Shown here one piece after another: positions 9,608 to 19,839 of a stretch of DNA of 58,680 nucleotides. Origin of the DNA: a virus (lineage: Duplodnaviria > Caudoviricetes); the IMG/VR virus record IMGVR_UViG_3300036911_000012, positions 1 through 58,680 of that record, one strand, 5' to 3'. A model generated the notes under the pieces. The model made no database searches and was not told where the DNA came from. It saw only the letters and a list, made by a program, of their open reading frames with translations. Positions within the stretch are counted from its first letter, which is position 1. Each line of letters opens with the position of its first letter. Both the position numbers and the translations under genes were made by a program.

Positions 9608-10015
9608 ATGGCTAGTGGACCGTGGTGGCCCTCTGTCCCGGTAGGCCAGGGGTTATACTCCATCTCCCAGACGGAGCAGATGAACATCGAGCAGGCGGTG
9701 CGGGAGTACGCACAGCGGGAGTACGCAAACAGCGGGAGTACGCAAAAAATGCAAATAATGCGGTCGCCGCCTCGTGGGCTAGACATGTACGAAACATCCC
9801 CGCATGACGAAGCACAGTCGCTGCTTATGCTACGACTCCAGTGGGGCCAGAAGAACTTCAAACTTACCCCCGAGAGTACGCTCAAGGCACACGTCACACA
9901 AGACAAAGTGTTCGTGTTCTGGGTGGTCGGAGGTGCTGCGGGACACTTCGAGGACGAGATCGCTTTGTTCCCCTCAGACCAACTCGTCGCACAAATAAGG
10001 CTATTACTGCCATGA
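9608..10015 (+). CDS. Hypothetical protein (start may be 9680)
   Basis: ORF tiled between its neighbours, with an ATGA overlap with the next gene. Confidence 0.6.
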   Translation: MASGPWWPSVPVGQGLYSISQTEQMNIEQAVREYAQREYANSGSTQKMQIMRSPPRGLDMYETSPHDEAQSLLMLRLQWGQKNFKLTPESTLKAHVTQDKVFVFWVVGGAAGHFEDEIALFPSDQLVAQIRLLLP

Positions 10016-10758
10016 GCGTCAACCGTTTCGCCCCCAAAGACGCCTCGACCGAGTTCAACGCGCGCCCATTTACGTGGAGTTATTCTAAGCTCAAGAATTA
10101 TGAGTCCTGTCCGCGGAAGCATTTCCAAGTGGACTTGCTGAAAGCGTTCGAGGAACAGTCAAACCCGCAACTCGAAGACGGCAAGAAATTTCACGACTGG
10201 ATGGCGACCGTAGTGCGCCGGGGCGTCGTCTCGGGCCAATGCGCGCTGCCGCCTCAGTACGCGAAGTTCCAGCCGCTCGCTAATAAACTCATGGCGGTTA
10301 CTGCCCCCGGACAAGTCGTCAAGGTCGAGCAGCAACTTGCCATCACCCGCGACCTCAAGCCCTGCACGTACTTCGCCAAGGATGTGTGGTTCCGGGGGGT
10401 TATTGACTACATGAAGATCGTGCCGGTACGCGACCATCAAATCGTTGTGGCTATCGACTATAAAACCGGCAAGCAGACGGACGACCCTGTACAGCTTGCG
10501 TTGTTCGCGCAGCTCATTTTCTCGCACTTCCCGAACACCCTCAAAATCCGCACAGACTACTATTGGACGCAGGACGAGGTGGCGACGCGAGAAGATTTCG
10601 AGCCGAGGGACATGCTCCAGCTTTGGACGGTCCTACTTCCGAGAGTAGCCAAACTCGAAGAAAGTTACACAACCGGGCAGTACCCGGTCAAGCCATCTGG
10701 GCTGTGCAAGAAACACTGCCCGGACACATCGTGCGTGCACAATGGGGGGCGGGAGTGA
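10012..10758 (+). CDS. PD-(D/E)XK exonuclease, Cas4/AddB-like
   Basis: WSYSKL...CPR, RGVID, IDYKTGK, QLALFA, C-terminal C..HC....C Fe-S cysteine pattern. Confidence 0.85.
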   Translation: MSVNRFAPKDASTEFNARPFTWSYSKLKNYESCPRKHFQVDLLKAFEEQSNPQLEDGKKFHDWMATVVRRGVVSGQCALPPQYAKFQPLANKLMAVTAPGQVVKVEQQLAITRDLKPCTYFAKDVWFRGVIDYMKIVPVRDHQIVVAIDYKTGKQTDDPVQLALFAQLIFSHFPNTLKIRTDYYWTQDEVATREDFEPRDMLQLWTVLLPRVAKLEESYTTGQYPVKPSGLCKKHCPDTSCVHNGGRE

Positions 10759-11006
10759 AACTGTTCGGGCAAATCACTGTCACCTATGAGCACGATGCCC
10801 GCACCCCTCCCCTAGAAGGCGAACACCTCCAGGTTGCCAAGCAGCTCACCATCGAGCAAGGCAGGGCGGTCATGGGAATGCTCGTGGCCAAAGGCGTCAG
10901 GGGCCGTGTCATTGCTATGTGTACGTCGCCTAAACCTGCTCGCGGAAACCGTGGGCTGTCAACCGCGCGTAGCTCGTACCAGATCGTTTACGACAGTCGG
11001 GACTGA
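10755..11006 (+). CDS. Hypothetical protein
   Basis: GTG start overlapping the previous stop (GTGA). Confidence 0.5.
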   Translation: MKLFGQITVTYEHDARTPPLEGEHLQVAKQLTIEQGRAVMGMLVAKGVRGRVIAMCTSPKPARGNRGLSTARSSYQIVYDSRD

Positions 11007-11028
11007 CTTACTTCGAGGAGTAACGAGC

Positions 11029-11217
11029 ATGGACAATACTGAGATCAAAGTCCTCTCCGACAAGATCGCCGAGGCCGCGAAACAGTCGGTGAGCGCCGAG
11101 GAAGATGCGGCTATCGAGGCTCTTGGTAAGCTGGTGGCAAACGTGCTGTGCAACGTCAACGACATTGCGGGCGAACTCAAGCGCCTCGCCGACGCGCTGG
11201 CGGCTACTGGAGACTGA
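11029..11217 (+). CDS. Hypothetical protein (62 aa)
   Basis: ATG after GAGGAG in the motif at 11008. Confidence 0.65.
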   Translation: MDNTEIKVLSDKIAEAAKQSVSAEEDAAIEALGKLVANVLCNVNDIAGELKRLADALAATGD

Positions 11218-11219
11218 CC

Positions 11220-11534
11220 GTGGTCAAGACCCCGGAGGGCGCAATCAAGGAACAGATATCGGCGGTGCTCAACGCCCCCGATATTTACTCGTTCATGCCC
11301 GTGCAGCAGGGTTTCGGCAAGGCAGGGCTTGACTACCACTGCGCGATCCGTGTACGCGCGTATGCAATCGCGTTCTTCATCGAGGCTAAAGCTCTCGGCA
11401 AGGAGCCTACGCCCCGGCAACGCAAACTCATATCCGAACTTCGTGCTATCGACGCGAAGGTATTCGAGATATCGAGCTGGGCGGGCGTGCGCGAATTAGA
11501 GCAGTGGCTGGACCACATACGAGGACTTCGATGA
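11220..11534 (+). CDS. VRR-NUC domain nuclease
   Basis: TPEGAIK...GKAGLD...FIEAKA.GKEPTPRQ; typical position upstream of an SNF2 helicase. Confidence 0.8.
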   Translation: MVKTPEGAIKEQISAVLNAPDIYSFMPVQQGFGKAGLDYHCAIRVRAYAIAFFIEAKALGKEPTPRQRKLISELRAIDAKVFEISSWAGVRELEQWLDHIRGLR

Positions 11535-14011
11535 ACCCGCAACTCATACTCGAACACGATCCAACCCTCGAAGCGTTCCTTACGCAGTCGGGTGTGCTGG
11601 TTACTCATGAGAGTAGGGATAGCCAGCAGTTCATGCGCATCCCCCACACCCTCGAAACTACAATGTTCCTACGGTCGCAGGGTGTCTCTGCGCCCCCTCC
11701 GGTGCTTACGCAATACAAGTTCCCGGCGTCAAAGCCCGCGTTCTTCACGCAGAAAACTTCCGTGGGCATGATGACGACCGAGCCTCGAAACTACGTGCTC
11801 AACGGGATCGGGTGCGTTGACTCGGATACGGAGTACCTGACGCCTACAGGCTGGGCGCGCATAGCCGACTATAGGGCTGGGGAAGTAGCACAGTATCTTC
11901 CGAGCACGGGCGAGATTGAGTTTGTTACCCCGTCCAAATTTGTCAAGCTCCCCTGCCAGTCAATGGTGCGCTTGCAGACTAAATATGGCATCGATCAGTT
12001 GCTTTCTCCTGAGCACAGGGTGCTCTTGGCGGACGGTCGCGTCATGACGGCTTCGCATCTGTTCAATACTTACGGGAGTAGGGCAAGTCGAGAGTATAAA
12101 TTCCCCACCACATTTAAGGTGCGGGACCGTGTTGGCATGTCACTTACCGACCACCAAATTCGCGTGCAAGTCGCAGTGAATGCTGACGGGTATTATGCCC
12201 CGTTACATCGAGACGGGATTACTACCGTGCGACTGCGCAGAGACCGCAAGGTTGATAGGCTCGTTACTCTGCTCGCTAACGCGGGCATTGAGTATAAAGT
12301 TCGGCCTTGCGAGCCCGCAGGCTTCCGACGGATTACCTTCTTCGCTCCCATGAACAAGGGGTTCAATTCCGACTGGTGGAAATGCACGCAGCGTCAGTTG
12401 GAAGTCGTGGCGTCCGAACTTACGCACTGGGATGGGTCTTTCCGCAAGAAAGACGGCTGGGCGTTCTCCTCACGCGCAATCGAAGACGCAGAGTTTGCAC
12501 AGTACGCCTACAGCGCTGCCGGTCGAAGGGCCTCACTCTCAAGAGTAACCCGCAAAGATGGCGGCGTCGATTACGTGGTATTTGCCTCAGCCAACAATCC
12601 GACCCCTGGCGTGTACGGCGTAAGCAAGGGCATCGTGCGAAACAATGTTCGCATCGAGGCACCCTCGGATGGGTTCAAGTATTGCTTCATGGTGCCGTCT
12701 ACGTTCTTGTTGCTGAGGCGCAACGGCTGCATCTTCGCGACTGGCAATACGGGCAAAACCAGATGCGTGCTTTGGGCGTTCGACTACCTCCAAAGCATCG
12801 GCAAAGCAACTCGCATGCTTGTATTCGCCCCTATATCCACGTTAACCCGTGTGTGGGCACGCGAACTTATGCTGGAGTTCTCGCACCTCAAATACAACAT
12901 CATATACGGCGACAAGAAAAAACGTTTGAAGCTCCTATCCGAAGACGTGGACGTTTACATTATCAACCACGACGGGACCGCTGTAATCGCGGACGAGCTG
13001 GCTAAGCGCGACGATATCGACGTATTTGCTATCGACGAGTTGAGCGTGTACCGCAATGGCGACGCTAAGCGGACTAAACTTCTGCGCTCGCTTGCTAAGT
13101 CACGGTACTGGGTGTGGGGTCTGACCGGCTCCCCCATGCCGCGCGACGTGACGGACGTGTGGGGACAATGCACTATCGTCACCCCTCACACTGTGCCGAA
13201 ATATTATTCGCATCTTCGGCAGACGTTGTGCTACCGAGCGGGGCCGTTCAAGTGGGAAGCTCGCGACGGAGCGATTGAGAAAGCGCTCTCGTATATGTCG
13301 CCTAGCGTGCGGTTCACCCTTGACGACGTTACAGAGTTACCCCCGAAAGTAATTCAGTACGTCGAGGTTCCGATGGGGCCGAAACAAAAAGTCGTGTACG
13401 ACGCCATGCGGCGTAGCGCGCTGGCGCTGATCGACAGCCAAGAGATCGACGCGCTCAACGCTGGTGCAGTTATGAGTAAGCTGCTCCAGATCGCTCTGGG
13501 GTGGGTGTATACTCGCGACAAGCAGGCGATACAGCTCGATAACCAGGACCGCATACAGACTATTGTGGACTTCGTGGATGGCTGCCAGCGCAAAGTTATT
13601 GTATTCGTGCCGTTCAAATCTGGCATCGCGGGTATCTCGGCGGCTCTATCTGCGAACGACATAGACCATCGCGTGGTGACGGGCGACACGCCCATGTCCG
13701 AGCGCAACGAGACGTTCTCGCTGTTTCAGGACTCGGCGTTCGTAAAAGTCTTACTGGCGCATCCTCAGTGCATGGCGCACGGTCTCACCCTAACAGCCGC
13801 AGACACTATCGTCTGGGCCGGGCCGGTGACTTCGCTGGAAACGTTCATGCAGGCTAACGGCCGGATAACTCGCGTCGGCCAGATGCACAAGCAACTCATC
13901 GCCATGATCGGAGGGACGACAGTAGAGCGCAAGCTATACGAACTACTCGGGCGCAACGAGGCGGTGCAGAACAAGTTCTTGCAGCTCGTCGAGGAAGCAT
14001 CGAGAGAATAA
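11531..14011 (+). CDS. SNF2-family helicase containing an intein
   Basis: Walker A GIG|TGKT split by the intein; IDELS, LTGSP, HGLTLTAA, QANGRITRVGQ. Confidence 0.9.
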   Translation: MNPQLILEHDPTLEAFLTQSGVLVTHESRDSQQFMRIPHTLETTMFLRSQGVSAPPPVLTQYKFPASKPAFFTQKTSVGMMTTEPRNYVLNGIGCVDSDTEYLTPTGWARIADYRAGEVAQYLPSTGEIEFVTPSKFVKLPCQSMVRLQTKYGIDQLLSPEHRVLLADGRVMTASHLFNTYGSRASREYKFPTTFKVRDRVGMSLTDHQIRVQVAVNADGYYAPLHRDGITTVRLRRDRKVDRLVTLLANAGIEYKVRPCEPAGFRRITFFAPMNKGFNSDWWKCTQRQLEVVASELTHWDGSFRKKDGWAFSSRAIEDAEFAQYAYSAAGRRASLSRVTRKDGGVDYVVFASANNPTPGVYGVSKGIVRNNVRIEAPSDGFKYCFMVPSTFLLLRRNGCIFATGNTGKTRCVLWAFDYLQSIGKATRMLVFAPISTLTRVWARELMLEFSHLKYNIIYGDKKKRLKLLSEDVDVYIINHDGTAVIADELAKRDDIDVFAIDELSVYRNGDAKRTKLLRSLAKSRYWVWGLTGSPMPRDVTDVWGQCTIVTPHTVPKYYSHLRQTLCYRAGPFKWEARDGAIEKALSYMSPSVRFTLDDVTELPPKVIQYVEVPMGPKQKVVYDAMRRSALALIDSQEIDALNAGAVMSKLLQIALGWVYTRDKQAIQLDNQDRIQTIVDFVDGCQRKVIVFVPFKSGIAGISAALSANDIDHRVVTGDTPMSERNETFSLFQDSAFVKVLLAHPQCMAHGLTLTAADTIVWAGPVTSLETFMQANGRITRVGQMHKQLIAMIGGTTVERKLYELLGRNEAVQNKFLQLVEEASRE
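11813..12748 (+). mobile_element. Intein (312 aa) with LAGLIDADG-like homing endonuclease
   Basis: Starts CVDSDTEYLTPTGW, block B LSPEHRV, endonuclease blocks VAVNADG and LTHWDG, ends RRNGCIFATGN followed by Thr+1; removal restores GIGTGKT. Confidence 0.9.
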
Positions 14012-14081
14012 CTCTCAAGAGTAACCCACGCTTTACAAGCGCTTTACTTCGTGGTAACTCAAGCTCGGAAGGAATGCCCAG

Positions 14082-14603
14082 ATGGACTTTCAACTTGTCA
14101 TTGGCAAGGGGCGGGCGCTCGACGCCAAAATCAAGGAGATCGAAGACCGCCACAAGGCGGAGCTGGCTCCGTTCAAGGAAGTGCAGACCAAAATCAGGAC
14201 GCTCGTCTTGGAGGAACTTATTAAGCAGGGCACCCAGAACGTCTCCACCCCTGCCGGTGGAGCGCACAAGCACTCCCGCGTGTCGTTCTCCCTGGAGGAC
14301 CCGGAAGAGTTCAAGCGCCATGTCATCGGCACCGAGTCGTGGGACTTGCTGGACTGGAAGGCCAACGCGACGGCGGCGACGGACTTCCTCAACGAGAACC
14401 AGACCCTACCCCCAGGAGTAAAGCGGTCGGAGTTTGTGGACGTACGGTTCACCGCTCCGACGAAGGCCGCCCCCAAGGTAGCCTCGCCCAAGGCCCCTTC
14501 ACCCAAAGCCCCTTCGCCTACGGCTGCTAAGGCGGGTAAGCCTGCGCCTACGGCCCCCGGCGACGACTGGGAACAGGCTGAGGCTATGGCCGACGAACTC
14601 TGA
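14082..14603 (+). CDS. Conserved phage replication-module protein with Pro/Ala/Lys-rich and acidic tail
   Basis: ORF with AAGGA RBS between the helicase and the SSB-like gene. Confidence 0.7.
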   Translation: MDFQLVIGKGRALDAKIKEIEDRHKAELAPFKEVQTKIRTLVLEELIKQGTQNVSTPAGGAHKHSRVSFSLEDPEEFKRHVIGTESWDLLDWKANATAATDFLNENQTLPPGVKRSEFVDVRFTAPTKAAPKVASPKAPSPKAPSPTAAKAGKPAPTAPGDDWEQAEAMADEL

Positions 14604-14632
14604 GTTTACTCAACCACGTTAGGAGCGCACGC

Positions 14633-15889
14633 ATGGCACAAGATTTGGTTATCCCTGAGAATTTCGGCGCAATCTCCGCCGTCTTTCAGAACATCACGGT
14701 CGAAGACGACCTGGGTGAGGGCATCGTCGGAGGGTTTTCAGTCCTCGGATACCGGGGCAAGGTTTGGCGCGTCAAGCACAAGGGCGACGAGAACAATATT
14801 CTTGACGAGAACGGCAACCCCGTCCCTTCGGTCGAAGTGATTATTGTCAAGTCCTCGACGCATGTCTCCAAGCTGTTCTATAAGGACGGCTACCAGGACA
14901 ATTCGGAGGGCAAGCGCCCCGACTGCTTCTCCAGCAACGGCGTCTCCCCCGACGCTACGGTGCTCGCGCCCGTCGCTCCGGTGTGTGCGGCGTGCCCGAA
15001 CAACGCCTTCGGCTCTCGCGTCACTGACAACGGCAAGCCGGGCAAGGCGTGCTCGGATCACAAGCGTCTCGTTATCGTCCCGATGGACGACCCGGCGAAC
15101 GAACTGTTCGGCGGCCCCATGCTCCTGCGCGTACCGGCAGCGTCGCTTGCCGAAGTCTCCGCGTACGGAACCAAGGTCAAACAGTTGGGGTGGCCCTATT
15201 ACGCCATCGCGACTCGCGTCAAGTTCGACATCAACGAGGCGTTCCCCAAGCTGTTGTTCTCGCCCATTCGACCCTTGAACGACGACGAGGCCCGGCTTAT
15301 CATCGAGCTGCGCGAAGACCCGCGCGTGGCGCGTATCCTCAACGAGGAAGTGGAAGCTCTGCCCCCGGCTACTCCCGAGAGTAACGGCGGGTTCGAGCAG
15401 CCCCCTGCGGCGGCTCCTGCTCCTGCACGTCGTCCGCCTCCGCCGCCCGCCCAGGCCCGTCCCGCCGCCCCGGCTGCTACCCCCCCAGCCCCCCAGCCGA
15501 GGCCCGTCCAGCAGGCTCCCAAGCCCGTCCAGGCCCATCCTGCACCGCCACCTGCCCCCCAGGCTCCCAAGGCTGGGTTCAGCGGCAAGCCCGCTCCTGC
15601 GGCGGCTCCCGCCCCGGCTCCCAAGGCTGGTGGGTTCGGCCGTCCCGCTGGGGCTCCCGCCCCGGCTCCTCGTCCTGCTCCGACGACTATCGCCGGTGCG
15701 GTGGCGCAGCCCGCAGCGCGTCCTCCGACCACGCGTATGGCGCGTCCCGCCGCACCGGCCCCTGTCCATATTGAGGCCCCCGGCGAAGGCGACTACGAGG
15801 GGCCGGGAGACGGGACTTACTCCGAGGAGCAAGGCGAGGGGTTGCCTGCGGGGCTCGACGCCGAGCTGGACGGGTTGCTGAATATCTAG
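14633..15889 (+). CDS. Putative ssDNA-binding/annealing protein with long Pro/Ala linker
   Basis: PDCFS.NG, CAACPNN.FGS, GKACS..KRL, LRVPAASL motifs seen in phage SSB-like proteins; acidic C-terminus. Confidence 0.65.
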   Translation: MAQDLVIPENFGAISAVFQNITVEDDLGEGIVGGFSVLGYRGKVWRVKHKGDENNILDENGNPVPSVEVIIVKSSTHVSKLFYKDGYQDNSEGKRPDCFSSNGVSPDATVLAPVAPVCAACPNNAFGSRVTDNGKPGKACSDHKRLVIVPMDDPANELFGGPMLLRVPAASLAEVSAYGTKVKQLGWPYYAIATRVKFDINEAFPKLLFSPIRPLNDDEARLIIELREDPRVARILNEEVEALPPATPESNGGFEQPPAAAPAPARRPPPPPAQARPAAPAATPPAPQPRPVQQAPKPVQAHPAPPPAPQAPKAGFSGKPAPAAAPAPAPKAGGFGRPAGAPAPAPRPAPTTIAGAVAQPAARPPTTRMARPAAPAPVHIEAPGEGDYEGPGDGTYSEEQGEGLPAGLDAELDGLLNI

Positions 15890-15980
15890 TTCTGGCCGGT
15901 CGCACGATTTGATTGTGATGGGCGTATGAGTGTAAAAGCACCATGCGCCCATTATTTTTCGTGGTGGGGAACTATGGGAT

Positions 15981-18854
15981 ATGGACTATACGCAGGCGAG
16001 GCAATACCTCGCAAAGGTGGTTCCGTGGGACGGTCGGAACTATGTCAGCATCCATTACAAAGTTGTGGGGAAGCACGGTCGTCCTATCCTGCCAGGGGTT
16101 CCCTCCTTAAACGTCGATGGCGCCATGGGCACGGTCAAGTACCGCGCGGGCACCGACGTTTATGTTTCTATGGCCAGCCAGTCCAAGGCTGACGAACGAA
16201 CTGCCCCTACCGGGCGCAAATACCTAGTTGCGATGCGCACGCTCGAAAACGTGGCGCTGCACAAGTCCTTGTACGTTGACATTGACGTGAAGGGCAAGGG
16301 GTACGATTCGACGGCCAGCGCCAAACGCGCGCTCCGCGACTTCCTGCTATGGAGCACCCTGCCGTCGCCCACAGTCATCGTGGAGTCCGGCACGGGGGGC
16401 TTGCATGTGTATTGGACGCTCGTAGACGCCGTGTCCATGGACGTGTGGCGTCCGCTGGCGTTCGCCCTGGTGGGGCTTGCGCAACAGTTCGGGTTGAAAT
16501 TCGACAGTCAGTGCAGCGTGGACCCGGTAAGGCTACTCCGGGTTCCAGACACGTTCAACCATAAAGCTGGCGGACCCTACCCGGTCAAACTGGTGTACCT
16601 CGCCAGCCACGATATTTTTATCGACAAACTCAAAGCAGTACTCGACGCATTCGTTCCCGAGAACCTGCCTACTCTTGCGAGTAATTCCGGTGGTGACGAT
16701 CTCTCGGCAGGTATAGTGCGTAACGCTCTCCCACCCTCGGACCCTGACCGGGTGGCCACGGTGTGTCCTATGTGGGCGAACGCGTTGGCGACAGGCGGAA
16801 ACGGTATACTCCAGCCACTGTGGATGCAGCACATTCGCTTGGCGACATGCTGTGAGAATGGACGGGACGTAGCGCATAGGCTATCGTGTGGCGACCCTAG
16901 ATATTCCAAGGATGAAACTGATGAAATATATGACCGACTTGTTCAAGAGCGTGTGGACAAGCCATCGATCGGACCCCCTCGGTGTGCGACGCTTAAGACG
17001 TCTGGCGCGTATGAGTGTGATAGTTGCGGGCATCTTGGTGCGAACCTTGTTCCTCTCAATCTTCCTGGGGCTTTTGCTCAGCGGACACCTGCTGGCATCC
17101 CTGTTGGGCGTGGCGACGATCTCCTTCCAGAGGGCTACATACGCGGGCCTGACGGCCATATTTATGGCTCTGAGTTGGACGAGACCACGCAGATAGAAAA
17201 GCGTGTGCTGGTATTCCCGTACATGATAATAGACCCATACGTTGAAGGGGGGCGGGAATACGCGGTGCATTTTACGACGGTGGAAGAAGGCAACGTGTAT
17301 AAGTCGGTTCGTATACCGTTTGTCAATTTGGCGGATAGAAACTCTTCCGCCAAGTCCCTCAGCGCAGAGGGCTTACCCATGAGAGTAACCGAGAGAGTGC
17401 AGGATTTCTTGACTAGCTTCCTAAAGAAACTTCGTGACTCCTCGGGCAGCATCGTGCGGTGCGAGCCTTTGGGTTGGCACTTGAAGGACGGCGACATTGA
17501 AGGGTTCGCCTACAACGGAGTGCTGCACACAACGACAGGAGAGAAAATTGCTCAGCGGTTGGACGCCACGACTCGACCGAACTACACGCCAACGGGGACG
17601 CCAGACGCGTGGATGGCCGCAGTGCGGATCATCAACTCGCAACGACGCCCAGCGCTGGATACGCTTATCCTTAGCGCGTTCTCGTCGCCGCTCCTCGCTC
17701 TTACAAATCAAGTTGGCGTTAGTATTGGTGGATGGTCGAATGAGTCGGGGGTGGGCAAGACAACTGCGCTGCAAATTGCATTGGGCGCTTGGGGGCACCC
17801 GATCCGAACAGGCGGCGGCCTCTCGGACACTGCTAACGCAACTTTTCACAGAGCTGGTCTCATTCGACACCTCCCTTTGGTTTGGGATGAAATCAAGACT
17901 CAGAAACAAACCTCCAACTTCCTAGAGACGATTTTCACCATGACAAGCGGCCTGGAGAAGGCTCGCCTCAATCGTTCTGCCAAGGCTCAGCACCAGGGCG
18001 CGTGGCAGAGCATACTTACTTACGCGAGTAATTCGTCAATGTCGGATGCGATAATCGAGCAGTCTCGCTCGACTACGGCGGGGCATGTGCGCGTTTTCGA
18101 GTTCCAAGTTCCGCGTGTCGACAACGTGGTGGCAGTCTCGACCATGGCGCGGTGCATGGACAAGCTGCGCGGCAACTACGGCCATGCCGGCGCAATCTAT
18201 GCGAAGTGGCTGGGGGCCAACCATGTATCGGCACGGGGGATTGTTGATAGAATATTTATGGACTTCGAGACCAAGCTCGTCGTCAAGGAAGATGAACGGT
18301 TGTGGAATGCCGCCATGGCCGCGACGCTGGCGGGCGGGTTCTTCGCCAACAAGCTCGGGCTGACGCAAGTCGATCTTCCCCTGCTGAGGGCATGGCTGGT
18401 ATCCGAGTTTCAGCGTATGCGCACGGCGAAGAATGTAGCGCCTAACGACTTCTCGAAGGAAATGAGCATCCTCAACGCGCTCGGCCAGTTCCTCAATGAG
18501 AAGCGCCCCGTCAACACCATACGAACTAACACCATACCCCCAGGCAAGGGCAAACCCCCGCCGAACAGCGTGCTCATTCTCAACGAGGGCACGTCTGCGG
18601 ATCGGCTCGGGGACCTGCATGTGCAGATCGCAGTCGGCCTCAAGGTCATACGTATCGCAGACTACGCGCTGACGGCGTGGTGCAAGAAAGAGAATATCCC
18701 CAAGAGTGCGATGGTTGAGGGCATGCGCTCTAAGCTGTCCGCGCGGTGGACTAGCTGCCGCTTGGGGTCGGGTACGCGGTTAGCCGGTTCGACGGTTCCA
18801 TGTTGGGAGCTATTGGTGGCTGGCACGCCGATTGACGATATCGTGGACTGGTGA
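15981..18854 (+). CDS. Primase-helicase (RepB/AEP-like primase plus DUF927 helicase)
   Basis: YVDID, SGTGGLHVYW, RLLRVPDTFNHK primase motifs; Walker A SGVGKTT and Walker B LVWDE. Confidence 0.85.
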   Translation: MDYTQARQYLAKVVPWDGRNYVSIHYKVVGKHGRPILPGVPSLNVDGAMGTVKYRAGTDVYVSMASQSKADERTAPTGRKYLVAMRTLENVALHKSLYVDIDVKGKGYDSTASAKRALRDFLLWSTLPSPTVIVESGTGGLHVYWTLVDAVSMDVWRPLAFALVGLAQQFGLKFDSQCSVDPVRLLRVPDTFNHKAGGPYPVKLVYLASHDIFIDKLKAVLDAFVPENLPTLASNSGGDDLSAGIVRNALPPSDPDRVATVCPMWANALATGGNGILQPLWMQHIRLATCCENGRDVAHRLSCGDPRYSKDETDEIYDRLVQERVDKPSIGPPRCATLKTSGAYECDSCGHLGANLVPLNLPGAFAQRTPAGIPVGRGDDLLPEGYIRGPDGHIYGSELDETTQIEKRVLVFPYMIIDPYVEGGREYAVHFTTVEEGNVYKSVRIPFVNLADRNSSAKSLSAEGLPMRVTERVQDFLTSFLKKLRDSSGSIVRCEPLGWHLKDGDIEGFAYNGVLHTTTGEKIAQRLDATTRPNYTPTGTPDAWMAAVRIINSQRRPALDTLILSAFSSPLLALTNQVGVSIGGWSNESGVGKTTALQIALGAWGHPIRTGGGLSDTANATFHRAGLIRHLPLVWDEIKTQKQTSNFLETIFTMTSGLEKARLNRSAKAQHQGAWQSILTYASNSSMSDAIIEQSRSTTAGHVRVFEFQVPRVDNVVAVSTMARCMDKLRGNYGHAGAIYAKWLGANHVSARGIVDRIFMDFETKLVVKEDERLWNAAMAATLAGGFFANKLGLTQVDLPLLRAWLVSEFQRMRTAKNVAPNDFSKEMSILNALGQFLNEKRPVNTIRTNTIPPGKGKPPPNSVLILNEGTSADRLGDLHVQIAVGLKVIRIADYALTAWCKKENIPKSAMVEGMRSKLSARWTSCRLGSGTRLAGSTVPCWELLVAGTPIDDIVDW

Positions 18855-19168
18855 GCGGTATGGGACGCAGAGACGACATGCGGGCGTATATCCTATCTCG
18901 CGTTTTGGTTATGCCCAACGGGTGTGGCATATGGCAGGGACGCAGTTCTGGGACAGGACGAGGCGGCGGATACCCCCGCTTTGACTACGACGGGGGTACT
19001 ATGGCCGTCCATCGCGCGTGGTGGATATTGGAGAATGGCCCGATCCCCCCACGCAAGCAACTGGACCACACATGCCGAACGCGCATGTGCATATTTTGCA
19101 CTGAACTGGTCACGCATAAGCAGAACCAGAGACGACGTGCAAAGTTTTCATGTAACTCCAAGGAGTAA
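18851..19168 (+). CDS. HNH endonuclease
   Basis: GC.IWQG, GYP, VHR..W, LDHTC...C, HKQN. Confidence 0.8.
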   Translation: MSGMGRRDDMRAYILSRVLVMPNGCGIWQGRSSGTGRGGGYPRFDYDGGTMAVHRAWWILENGPIPPRKQLDHTCRTRMCIFCTELVTHKQNQRRRAKFSCNSKE

Positions 19169-19171
19169 GTT

Positions 19172-19372
19172 ATGGACGATGAGCCCGATAGGGTTGTGTT
19201 TGGCGGTTCCCTTGCAGGCAACCGCCAAATGGAGGGCGTGGAGAACGTACCGCTGAAAGAGGCGATACGGGTAGTTTGGGCGGCGGCGGATCGCGCCTTT
19301 GCGCCCGAGGAAATACGCGCGCTGATTGTCATAGTCGGGCACGCGTTTGCAGCAACCAACTCCGGGGAGTAG
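19172..19372 (+). CDS. Hypothetical protein (66 aa)
   Basis: Bounded by the motif at 19153 (supplies RBS) and the motif at 19357 (supplies stop). Confidence 0.6.
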   Translation: MDDEPDRVVFGGSLAGNRQMEGVENVPLKEAIRVVWAAADRAFAPEEIRALIVIVGHAFAATNSGE

Positions 19373-19375
19373 GGC

Positions 19376-19588
19376 ATGTCCCGTCGCAATATACCTGCGA
19401 GGCTCTATGAGACGTCTATGCACTGGCATAGAGAAACGCAGGACGCCATATGCGTGTCTGAGAATGGCGACACCAAGGAAGCTGTCTGGTTGCCCAAATC
19501 CATGGTAGTCGAGTATTCGCGCGAGCCTGACGGCTCCGTAGTTGTCGTGCTTGAAGAGTGGTTCGCTAAGAAAAAGGGGTTGGTATGA
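19376..19588 (+). CDS. Hypothetical phage protein
   Basis: ET.DAI...VWLPKS...EWFAKKKGL pattern common in small phage proteins. Confidence 0.65.
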   Translation: MSRRNIPARLYETSMHWHRETQDAICVSENGDTKEAVWLPKSMVVEYSREPDGSVVVVLEEWFAKKKGLV

Positions 19589-19839
19589 GCGCCGTGGAGG
19601 TCACGCTCACGCAGCATTGTTGCAGGGCGTGTGGCGGTACGGGTAGTTTGCGCACCCCCTATCCGCAATACTGGCTTGCGCCTTGCTATGAGTGTGACGG
19701 GTCGGGAGAGCCTGCCCTAGTCATAGCCCGTTTTGCCCTTCCGCCACGCTCTGTTTTCCGACGCTGGCTTGACCTGGGTATTGCCCGGCGCATTCGTGCC
19801 ACCCTTGCGAAGTGGCTTCTTGTGATCCACGTCGGCTGA
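19585..19839 (+). CDS. Small zinc-finger protein (CxxCxGxG twice)
   Basis: CRACGGTG and CYECDGSG; ATGA overlap with the previous gene. Confidence 0.55.
   Translation: MSAVEVTLTQHCCRACGGTGSLRTPYPQYWLAPCYECDGSGEPALVIARFALPPRSVFRRWLDLGIARRIRATLAKWLLVIHVG

Noticed and set aside
10012-10758. Cas4 as evidence of a CRISPR-Cas system
   Set aside because: Stand-alone Cas4-like exonucleases are common in phage replication modules; no other cas genes or array
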